Assembly: GCF_004010195.1 (NCBI RefSeq)
Contig: NC_057734.1
Coordinates: 25,174,382 to 25,238,381 of the forward strand
Length of the DNA: 64,000 nt
Reading direction: 5' to 3'
DNA from: Chiloscyllium plagiosum
Lineage: Eukaryota
The notes beneath the pieces were generated by a model. It was not told the DNA's origin. It worked only from the letters and a program-made list of their open reading frames with translations, and did no database searches. Positions 53,065 to 64,000 of the stretch are shown here, piece after piece. A program made the position numbers and the translations under genes. How positions within the stretch are numbered: position 1 is the first letter of the stretch; the number at the start of each line of letters is the position of its first letter.

Positions 53065-56000
53065 TCCATGCAATTCACATTACCTTACATTACATTGTCT
53101 TTAAGAAGGAAACAGCCTAAGATATCCCTGTAAACAGGGATAGATTTATCTATTTGTGGTGTGGTGTTGAGTGAGTTTCACAGCATCTGGTCTGCTATGG
53201 TCCAGGGTGAATTTCCTCATGTGAGCTTTCACTTCGATAATTTTGCAACCAAACTGCGAGTGAACCCATGCCCAGGGAGGCAGACAAGCTTGCCACTATT
53301 GTGACCAATTCCTTCAGTGATGACCAACTGTGGTGGTATCACCCCCAATTGACTGTAAACCCCGCTTAACCTCACTGAGGACTCTTCAGTTTTGACTTTC
53401 ACAAATGATAAAATGATTGAGCAATGCAGTGGGTTTACCATGTTAACAGCCGGCAAATTTGAAATTTGACAGCTCAGATATTGATGTTACATGGTGTGTT
53501 AGAGAAGCGTATTCAACCCCCTGTATGAATGAACCACTTACTCTTCAGTGCACTGCACCATCACAAGCTGCCAACTACCACTGCTTTCAAGACAAACTGG
53601 TGGTAGTAGGTCAGCTCCTGAGTACAGAGCTTGACAGTGTGAAGTGGTGGCTGGGTTCGTCCAAAAGCAAACATGGTGACAATGGTAGTTTATCGATGTG
53701 GATTTATGTGGATAAAAGGTCCATGATGATGGTGACCATGGAACATGCAGAAAGAAGTAGGATAGCAGAATGCTGGCCAAGATGGGCACTTGATGAGCTG
53801 TTGCCACCAGGTATCCACTCTGTTTTACCTGTCAGGAACTTGCACTATCTAGTTTTTGCAGTGCAGGAAGTGAGAACTGAAAATGGTATCTAAACAGGGC
53901 AAGTTGCATCACCAAATGCTACAAGATGTTGCATTTGACCAAAAAGTCAGAAATTTTACAAGTTATGAACCAGTCTATGGAGGGTTAGTTAGGATTCGAT
54001 GGGCTGAACGGCCTGCTTCCATACTGTAGGGATTCTATGATTCTAGTTATTATTTGACTCCTGTAAGCAACTGAAAATCTCTGGAGAAGAAAGTGCAAGG
54101 AACATTAAGTACTGGTAAGCCAAAAAGATCATGTCAGCAATCCCTGGGGTCAGGAACCATTGAACAGTTTCCCAGGTTTTCCCTCCACCCACAATATCAA
54201 TGTGTCTAAGTGTGCGCAGGGGAAGTGTATAATGAGGTCAGTTTTAAGTGGTAGTGTTTTATGTGTCAACAGTCCATAGTTATTCATCTGTAGCTATAAT
54301 CTATTTATCCATAATAAATAATCATTCTTGTAATGAAGCCCTGGTCTCTGCTTTCGGTTAACCTGGATATAAATGCAAGTATATTGAGGAAATTTGCATA
54401 CTTTGATAACATCTTGCATTTTTATGAAGAAGCCAAGAGTAGCGGGGCTCGCTTTCTAGTGAACAACCTCAAGAGACATGACATCTGGAATAGCATTATT
54501 ATGGAATGTAAGTATGAAGAGAAAAATTAAAGTAGAGAAAGGGGAAGTAAATTATATTCAACAAAATATGGGGATATATGTTAAAGATGTAACATGAACA
54601 CTAACTTAACTATAGCATTTCCTATAGGACAGCAGGGGAATGGTGAAATTAACTTGGACTTTCTCATGGTGATTTTTGAGTGACTTATGTTGGAACCGCA
54701 CTTGTGTGAACAATGCATGAAAAAGGTTTACTGCAGCTAAATGCTCCCTAAGAAATGAATAACAGGTTGATCAACAGGTGGGAAAAGTGCAACTTGATTG
54801 AAGTACCTGAAGCCTAAAACTATAAAGCAATATCATGGATTTAACATCAAAAGGCTTTTTTTAAAATCTAGGTGACCTATTATTGAGCTCATAGTGCCAT
54901 TGAGACTGGATGAAATTAAGATCAAGATCAAAGCTAGGCCGCTTTACTTGAAAAATGCCTCGTCCAATGTGACTTTATCAACAAGAAGTTAACTGCTGAC
55001 TATTGTGCTTATTAATCCCGAGCTTTAATGCCTTCCAAGCAGCTCACTCACTGATGAGTGAAAAACTAAGTAGGAAATGGCTGCATAGCAGCAGAGAAAC
55101 ATCCAATCCACCTATTCATTGCTGTGTTTGTCACCAGCAGTCTTTTCTTAACTCTTGACACTAATAGCAATTTGCATACAACACTGACTAAATTAATTCC
55201 AATAATTTTCATAATTTAAAAATGCATTTTTATTTCTGCTGGCAAAAACTGTAAATATGAATCATTCGCTAGTTTTAAATCCAAAACATATAAAACTGAG
55301 CAAAGCTGTGACCTCTACCACCTAGAAGGACAAACACAGAAATCACAAATCACCTCACGCTCTCTTCCAAGTCATATTATCATCCTGAATTGGAACTTTG
55401 CTACCGTTCCTTCATTGTCATTGGGTCAAAATCCTGCAACTCTGGCCGTTACAGCATTCCGGATGTACCTTTACCATTCCACCATGGAATCAGTGACTCA
55501 TTAAGAAATTACAGTGTTTTTGTTTCTTTGGATATGGAGTAAGGTAATATGACGACCCTGCTCTCCAAAGTATACTACGTGAAGAAATATCTGAGGGTAT
55601 GAACATTTTGGGTATGGGACAGGAAAAAGAACAGGCAAGGAGGGCAAGTTACTGCAGGTCCTCCCAAAGAATGCCCCTTGCATTTATGGCACTTGCAGGT
55701 ATGCATTTCTCTCCTCAATCTTGCAGTGCAAATTCACTCTCAACCACATTGCCATCCCACTTCTACACAACCTGGATTACCTTCCAATAAAGTTCCAGAA
55801 CATCAGATATTTTCCAGCACTCAGTCAAGTGACTATAAATTAACATATTAATTTTGACAGAGTCAGCCAGCTACTGAACAGAGGAGCATTATGGCCAAAT
55901 CTATTCAATATTTACACCTGCAGTTTTTTAGTAAAATCAGGAATGTTGCCTGCTTTTCTTGCCTGATGTTAAAAGCAGTTATGTAGATTCTTTCATCATT

Positions 56001-56329
56001 CTAAAAGAAACGAATTAACTCAGCTTAAAATGACCACCAAATGTTGGTTCTCCCTTTTGTTAAAAAACATACTCTGAAGTTGACTGGATACCTGCAAATT
56101 CATTTGAACCATTCGCCGTTTACAATAATGAGCACACATTCTTTTGCTGCCTGGTTTCTTTTAAACTTGAAGAATAGTTAACAATCCATAACCAGCTGAA
56201 TTAGAATATTTATGTGTGCTGCTCCTAAGTTTTGGTCAAGAGGATGGATGATCAGATACTGCACCTATAATTTTACTGTGTCTCAGTTGATACTTTGAAA
56301 CCCACACTTCTGCAGTTCAATCACTGGTG

Positions 56330-56960
56330 GTTAAAAAGGCATTTGGCACGCTAGCCTTCCTTGCTCAGTCCTTTGAGTAAAGGAGTTGGGAAGTCATATT
56401 GAGGTTGTACACAACATTGGTAAGGCCTCTTCTGGAATACTGTGTCCAGTTCTGGTTGCCCCCCCAGTTACAGGAAGGATATTATCAAGCTGGAGAGTTC
56501 AGAAGAGATTTAGCAGGATGTTGCCGGGTATGGAAGGTTTGAGGTACAAAAGAAAGGCTGGGACTTTTTTCTCACTCGAGTGTAAGAAGTTGAGAGACGA
56601 CCTGATAGAAGTTTACAAAATAATGCGAGGCATAGATAGAGTGAAGGGGAAAAGGATGGAGAAGTTCAAGACTTGGGGACATACTTTTAAGGTGAAAGGG
56701 GAGAGATTTTGAAATGACACGAGGGGCAAATTCTTTTCACAGTGGGTGGTTTGCTCGTGGAATGAACTTCCTGAGGAATCGGTGAATATGGATACAATTA
56801 CATTTAAACGGCATTTGGATAGGTACATGAATAGGGAAGGTTCGGAGAGGTATGGGTCAGGAGTAGGCAGGTGGAACTAGTTTAGTTTTGGATTATATTT
56901 GAAATGGACTGGTTGGACCAAAGGATCTGTTTCCGTGCTGTATGACTATTACTCTATAAC
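56330..56960 (+). mobile_element. CR1 LINE 3' portion
   Basis: VQKRFSRMLPGMEGLRY...LRDDLIEVYKIMRGIDRV...GHTFKVKGERF, followed by a 3'UTR with ctat-rich tail. Confidence 0.8.
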
Positions 56961-57154
56961 TGATCTGGAGTGAAATGCTAGCAGTCCACAAGGATGATGT
57001 ATTGCAATGGTCCAAAATCTCTTCATTCAATATTTTATTGTGATTAAAATCTTTCACTTCAACAATTTATGAAGACTCAGTAATCCATTTTTGGTCTGGT
57101 AAGAACTGTAAGAGACTTGCTAGTATGAAAGCAATAGCCAAAAAGATTTGATCA

Positions 57155-57496
<342 letters not shown>

Positions 57497-58759
57497 TCAA
57501 ACATTTCTGTTTCGCAGATTTTAAACAAGTACCAAAATTTAGTATAAGGCAATGAGCATTTCCTTGTTCTTTAAATGGCTGTACAGATGTCCGTATTCAT
57601 AGCATAGTCATGGGAAAGGATATACCATAAGGGCAAAAAGACAAATCAGTATGCTAATTCACAAAAGTTGGCTAAATCTATATCCCAGCACCAAGTAGTC
57701 AGTACTGCATAAGTGCTTCATTATGTGAAAGATGTACCAACAGGCCACTCCCTGGTTACTGTACATCTCTTTCAAGACTAGCAATAATACTCAGTAGTTT
57801 TATAATATGATAAACATATTATCAATATCACAAGTTAGATTAATTGTAAATATGAATGTTTTAAAGGAATTTGGACTCCCTCAGACTTTATTTATATAAA
57901 CAATGCAGCAAATATTAGAGATTTCCAGCACAACCACATCAAGGAACTAGGCAATGGGATTAACTGAATTGGATTAAAAGCAACTTGCTCCTTGTAGTTG
58001 CTTCTTGCTTTCTCCTTAGAAGTTGTTTGAAGTCAAAAAGTCAGAAATTAATCACAAAACTGCCATTGCAAATTTCTACTGTTGACATTTTGGAGAAATA
58101 ATTAACACAGCCTCTGCGAATAACTCACCTCAAGTGGATACACATTATGAGAGTTAGCAAATAAACTGAATCAATACATTCCCTCACACAGATGAGGTCC
58201 CTGGCACAGCCTCATACATAAATGACATTAGTCGTCATTACTTTCCTCCTCAAATGCTCATCTGTCAGCATAATAAAACCCATACTATAACTGGTGCGCA
58301 TTTCCTGACATCATAACAGACTTCCTGTGTCAGTTCTAATCGCATACAATTTCCTGCCTAGTCTTTTGCACCAAAAAGCAACTTGAGAGCATGGAGCTGG
58401 TTCAATGTGGGTGAAAGCATCAACAAGAATCTGGTGCTGCCATATACAATGTGGAAGCTGCACTTGTCCCTACAGGTGGTATAAATCCTTTGGGAATTTT
58501 GGGAAGTGGTTGCATGGGAATGGGAAGAGAGTCCACTCATGGATAAATGTGACTGTACATTCTAGCAATGAACAGTCCCAACAGATTTGTATTCAAGAAT
58601 TAGACATGTCCGGAACCAAGCTGTTCCTGTAAAGCAATAGCAGCATCTACCTGGCAATGTGGAAAACTGTTGTGTCCTGTCCACACAAAGCAGTACAAAT
58701 CCAATCTAGCTAATTGATGGAAGGGGGTGTTAATAGTGCTATTTAGCATGCACTTCCTC

Positions 58760-59785
58760 AGAAATAACTGATCCCTGACACTCCATTTCAGTTTCACCAA
58801 TGATCTGACCTTATTACCACCTTGCTCCAAACGTGAACAAAAGAGCTAAACTCTAGAGGGGAGATAAGGATGTGTGCCCTTGCCCTCAAGGTAATATTTG
58901 ACCCAGTATGGCTCCAAGGAAGTCTATGGAAAGGAGGGGTAAACCCTCTACTGGTTAGAATGGCCTTCTTGACCACTCTATCCACCTGTGCAGCAACCTC
59001 CAGGGTACAATGGACCTACACTCCCATATCTCTCTGCCCATCAACTTTTCCCAAGGCTCTTCTGTTCATTGTATANNNNNNNNNNNNNNNNNNNNNNNNN
59101 NNNNNNNNNNNNNNNNNNNNNNNNNNNNNNNNNNNNNNNNNNNNNNNNNNNNNNNNNNNNNNNNNNNNNNNNNNNNNNNNNNNNNNNNNNNNNNNNNNNN
59201 NNNNNNNNNNNNNNNNNNNNNNNNNNNNNNNNNNNNNNNNNNNNNNNNNNNNNNNNNNNNNNNNNNNNNNNNNNNNNNNNNNNNNNNNNNNNNNNNNNNN
59301 NNNNNNNNNNNNNNNNNNNNNNNNNNNNNNNNNNNNNNNNNNNNNNNNNNNNNNNNNNNNNNNNNNNNNNNNNNNNNNNNNNNNNNNNNNNNNNNNNNNN
59401 NNNNNNNNNNNNNNNNNNNNNNNNNNNNNNNNNNNNNNNNNNNNNNNNNNNNNNNNNNNNNNNNNNNNNNNNNNNNNNNNNNNNNNNNNNNNNNNNNNNN
59501 NNNNNNNNNNNNNNNNNNNNNNNNNNNNNNNNNNNNNNNNNNNNNNNNNNNNNNNNNNNNNNNNNNNNNNNNNNNTAACATCACACTTTTACACACTCTC
59601 TATGCCTATCCAAGTCCTTCTACAGCCTCCCTGCTTCCTCAACACCACTTGTCTATCCACCTATCTTTGTGTCATCTGCAGACTTGGTATCAGTGCCCTC
59701 AGTTCCTTCATCCAGATCATTAATATATCACATGAATAACTTTGGTTCCATCACTGACCCCTGCACAGTTCCACTAGTCACCACT
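58760..59785 (-). mobile_element. CR1 LINE fragment spanning an N-gap
   Basis: DRVVKKAILT motif and the gttccactagtcac / tctgcagacttgg RT remnants. Confidence 0.55.
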
Positions 59786-59959
59786 TCTGCGAACGCCACG
59801 ACAAATGTCATTGCTGCCCCTGCGGTTGCCACCAAACGCATCACTTCTACCCCCATGCCACCGTTCACATCACTTCTCTGGTGATGTCACTCATGATGTC
59901 ACCGGTGAGCACATGACCATCCCCCTAGTCCAGAGACAGTGTCCACTCCAACTCCAGGT

Positions 59960-61540
59960 TTACATCAGGCCCTAGCACTGCCAGGTATTCACTATCCCCC
60001 CAGACCTCTCGCTCAATGAGTATGAATGATCAGTTCTCAGTAAACATCTTAGCTTCATCTCGCTACGCGCCCCGGTCAAGGAATTTCGTACGCACTGCGA
60101 TATTGAACTTTTCTTCTGCTGCCTCCGTGTCTACTTTTTCGATCACAACTCCCATCCACCTTCCAAAGACCCCCTTCTCCCACCTCCAACATATTCCAAC
60201 CTCCTGGACATCCCCTCTTTTATCTCCAACTACAGACATTGATCGTCTCAACCTGAAAACTCCTCTTACCCACTCCAATCTCTCACCCTCGCAACACGCA
60301 GCCCTCCACTTCCTCTAATCCAACCCCAACCTCAAACCAGCTGACAAGGTGGGGGGTGGGGGGGGATGCATGATAGTATGGCACACCGAACTCAACCACA
60401 CCAAAGCCAGGCGCCAACTCAGTGACATCTCCTCCTACCACCCCTTGGGAGGGGAAATTGCAATCCTTGAAATAAGAGGTAATCCGAGATATCCTGGAGT
60501 GGAATGGCTCTTTTTGGGAGCAGATATGGTGGAGGCAGAGGAATTGGGAATAAGGGATTGTGTTTTTACAGGAGGTGGGGAGGGAGGAAGTGTAGTTAAG
60601 GTAGCTCTGGGAGTCGCTGGGTTTGAAATAGATGTCCGTGTTGAGTCGGTCGCTGGAGAACGAGACAGAGAGGTCTAGGACAGGGAAGGAGGTTTTGGAG
60701 ATGGTCCACGTGAACTTGTGGTCAGGCTATAAGGTATTGGTGAAGTTGATGAACTGTTCAACCTCTTTGTGGGAGCATAAGGTGGCGCTGGTACAGTCAT
60801 CAATGTAGTGGAGGAAAATTTGGGGGATGGTGCAGATGTAACTGCGCAAGATGGATTTTTCCACATATCCTGCATAGAGGCTGGCATAGCTGGGGCTCAT
60901 GTAAATGTCCTGAAGAAGGGCTTATGCCCGAAACGTCAATTCTCCTGTTCCCTGGATGCTGCCTGACCTGCTGCGCTTTTCCAGCAACACATTTTCAGCT
61001 CTGATCTCCAACATCTGCAGACCTCACTTTCTCCTCATGTAAATGTCCATGGCTAACCCTTCTTGTTTGTGGGAAGTGGCAGGATTCGAAGGAGAACATG
61101 TTGAAGGTGAGGACCAGTTCTGCCAATTGAATGAGTTTGTCGGTGGAGGGAACTGGTTGGATCGGTGAGAGAGGAAGGAACAGAGAGCTCTAAACCTTCG
61201 TCATAGGGGATGGAGATGTATAGGGACTGGATTCCATGGTGAAGATGAGATGTTGGGGATCGGAAAATCAAAATCACGGAGGAGGTGGAGGGCATGGGTG
61301 GTGCCCTGAATAGATGTGGGGAATTCATGGACCAAGGGTGACAGGACAGAGTCCGAGGTAGGAGGAGATTAATTTGGTGGGGCAGGACCAGGTGGAGACA
61401 ATTGGTCAACCGGGGCAATCAGGTTTGTGGATTTTGGCTAAGAGGCAGAACTGATGGGTGGAGCAGGGTTGGGGAGTTATGAGGTTGGAGGCATTGGATT
61501 GAAGATTCCCTCAGGTGATGGGGTCATTGATGGTTTGGTG
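59960..61540. mobile_element. Older Penelope-like element with inversion (+ to ~60445, - from ~60446)
   Basis: + segment is the PLE N-terminal/RT start (SNLSPSQHAAL...KPADKVG). - segment has RT motifs homologous to 33918-35890. Confidence 0.7.
60911..61033 (+). mobile_element. Solo PLE pLTR with 15-bp TSD and hammerhead core, nested in an older PLE
   Basis: TSD ctcatgtaaatgtcc at 60896-910 and 61034-48; CTGAAGA a gggc ttat gccc GAAAC GTC. Confidence 0.85.
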
Positions 61541-62276
61541 CCATCTTGAAGAAGACTACTCTGCCTTCTGCTAATCAACCTACAATCTGAACACATCTCA
61601 TTTCTAATCTGTCAACTGGTTAGCTTTTCTACCAGTTAATTTAAGCCTGATCCTCTCGTACTTCAAATATCTCTCTATTTTGGTTTACTATCCTTATTGT
61701 TGATTTTAATATTCTTTTCTACTTAAATTTCTAATAAATCTAACAATTCAACAGCCAATTTGTTTGCACTGCACGTTAGCCTGCAACATGGCTGTGGGAA
61801 AGAAAGCAACTTGCACAACACAATAGTAATCAATATTACCTTTGAAAATAAGCATTCTTTGCATTTGAGCACAAATCTATTGTGAATACAGACCTCATAA
61901 TAAAGCGACTTCAACGACTAATTTCCTTAAGTTCTCAATTAACACAAAAGACTTTTGTTAAACATCCTGGTTGAATGGCAGTCCCAATATGCTAATTTAC
62001 TCTGCGCACTGAGAACGAATAAATGCTACAAGACTGTTTTGTCATTTGTGCCAGCAGTTTTTAAACAATTTCAGCCAAGATATATTAATATATATCAGTA
62101 AAATGTCACATATTGGTGGAAACGTAAGTGTAGGTGTGTCAAATCCATGTGGCACAGTTTATGAGCAGTGGGGCCAACATTGGACATTTAAATTGGACAG
62201 TTGTCGAGCACTAAACGACTGCAAAACAAAGAATTGATGGTTTTTCAAGCTTAAGGTAGACTGGATACTCCTAATG

Positions 62277-62433
62277 TAGGTAAAAACAATGACTGCAGAT
62301 GCTGGAAACCAGATTCTGGATCAGTGGTGCTGGAAGAGCACAGCAGTTCAGGCAGCATCCAAGAAGCAGCAAGCTCTCTGCCTTTATTCCTGATGAAGGG
62401 CTTTTGCCCGAAACGTCGATTTTGCTGCTTCTC
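62277..62433. mobile_element. Mini PLE made of two inverted pLTR halves, intact hammerhead on +
   Basis: TSD ggatactcctaatg at 62263-76 and 62434-47; CTGATGA at 62390-96, GAAACGTC at 62410-17. Confidence 0.85.
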
Positions 62434-62451
62434 GGATACTCCTAATGGCCT

Positions 62452-62661
62452 GAGTCAAAAAATGTGGCGCTTGAAAAGCACAGCAGGTCAGGCAGCAACA
62501 AGCAAGGGAGTCGACCTTTTGGACATAAGCCCTTCACAAGGAAGGGCATATGTTCAAAACATCAACTCTCCTGCTCCTCGGATGTTGCCTGATCTGCTGT
62601 GCCTTTCCAGCCCCACGCTTTCCGACTCACTTTCCAGCATCTGCAGACCTCACTTTCTCTC
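62452..62661. mobile_element. Older mini PLE made of two inverted pLTR halves
   Basis: TSD actcctaatggcct at 62438-51 and 62662-75; arms at ~62452-62536 (-) and ~62541-62660 (+). Confidence 0.8.
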
Positions 62662-64000
62662 ACTCCTAATGGCCTAAACAGGATACTCACCCACCCACTC
62701 TGAATAATTATCCTTGGTGGATCAAAGTCATGTTCAATTTTATAATGTAATCAGTCATAGCAAACCAATCAAACAACAAAACAGAAAGATGCGCCTTCCC
62801 TACATAATCAGTACTAAAGTGTGAAACATTAGCCTTTTAGTGATTATCACAATTTTATCTTGCATGGAGAGCTTATTCAATTCAAATTCATCTATTCAGG
62901 GGTACAAGAAAACCATAAACTAATTAAATTTGTTTCCACATGCTTCTGGTTGAAAGTAGCACCTCTATGAAATGAATACATTTTAAAAAACGAACTTATT
63001 ATAGCATTTGAATTTTTTGAATTAGGTTAATTTTCTGGCCTTAAAGACTATTTTGAGCACCTGCACTGAAACTGTTAAAATAAATCCTGATATCTATCTT
63101 AGATGATTAAGAGATCATTTAAGTCAATGTTTTAGTGTGGTTACTAGTTCATTAAATACTATCGATAATGTCCTTTTGAAATATAAATTCTGACACAAAA
63201 GAAAACAAAACTCATCAATGCTTTTCCCATACTCAGTTATCTCTAAGTTTGTTTGAGAGGTGGCTGGGGTAACTGCAAAACAGACACCATTTTTATGTGA
63301 AGTGAGATCACAGAATTATTCGTTAATCCCATATTCATTGCCTATTTACTGTATCTTTCCAAACAGAAATACTGTGCATTTTGTATCCATGTAGTTTTTC
63401 CTGTAAAACCTTTTGATAAACTATTTCCAAAGGCAAGAGAGATGATGATTTAATCGTTAATTTTTTTTCGAAAGATTAAATTAGATTAATAAATAAAAAG
63501 GTGCAGTACATGGAGCAAAACAATTTGCCAAGGGAAGACGTGCACCCATTCAAATTTAGGTTTTCAACTGGCTTCTTCATTTTTGCACGGTTTAAAGTCA
63601 AGCTACCTTCAGATCAAATTTGATTACTCCTAGTCATTTCTGATTATGCATTCACGAAAGACATTATATCATAATATTGGCAGAAAACAATAATGCTGAC
63701 GATTTAGTATCAAATACTAAGTATTATTTCTGGATCACTCTTGCCATCCCTTCACTACCTCTAAATTGTCAACATGCAATACCAGATGATGAGGAAACAT
63801 TTCATCCAACTACAAACTGGAAAAAACGAAACCGTTGGCTTTTGTTGAGCCGCACTTTGGTGTGTGATGGATGTTTTGATTGGGGGGAGACAGACCTTGT
63901 AACACCTTTGGTTTCATATCTTACCATGAAATAAGATATCAATCTCATACCCGTACCCTCACTGGACCATGGAAATAAAGCCACAACCTGCCCAGTCAAC

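Noticed and set aside
53123-53153. Short inverted repeats tatccctgt-aa-acagggata and atagat-tt-atctat
   Set aside because: Stems of 9 bp or less are plausible by chance in 64 kb of AT-rich DNA.
53459-53893. 144-aa plus ORF
   Set aside because: No recognisable domain; probably decayed repeat sequence that could not be assigned.
58870-59739. Long ORFs containing X runs (also at 19842, 23770, 31912)
   Set aside because: Artefacts of assembly N-gaps.

Overview
Eukaryotic genomic DNA, most likely a shark. This is inferred from HE1-like and Deu-domain SINEs, CR1/HER1-like LINEs and vertebrate gene homology. There are four N-gaps. Two convergent spliced genes are present. On +, the 3' exons of RNF34 (E3 ligase, RING exon, stop at 14143-14145). 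On -, ten 3' exons of KDM2B/FBXL10 (CXXC, PHD, F-box, LRRs; stop at 17309-17311). All GT-AG junctions are in compatible phase. The introns are packed with CR1, Rex1/Babar, Tx1 and Penelope-like (PLE) retroelements, tRNA-derived SINEs and Tigger-like MITEs. The most interesting signal is a set of PLE terminal repeats from three to four families that carry minimal type I hammerhead ribozyme motifs (CTGANGA-stem-GAAAC-GTC). They occur as solo ~125-bp inserts and as inverted-arm elements with 11-17 bp target-site duplications. These include a double insertion at one site and a recurrent TCC target motif. Family assignments are from recalled sequence similarity; no database search was run.
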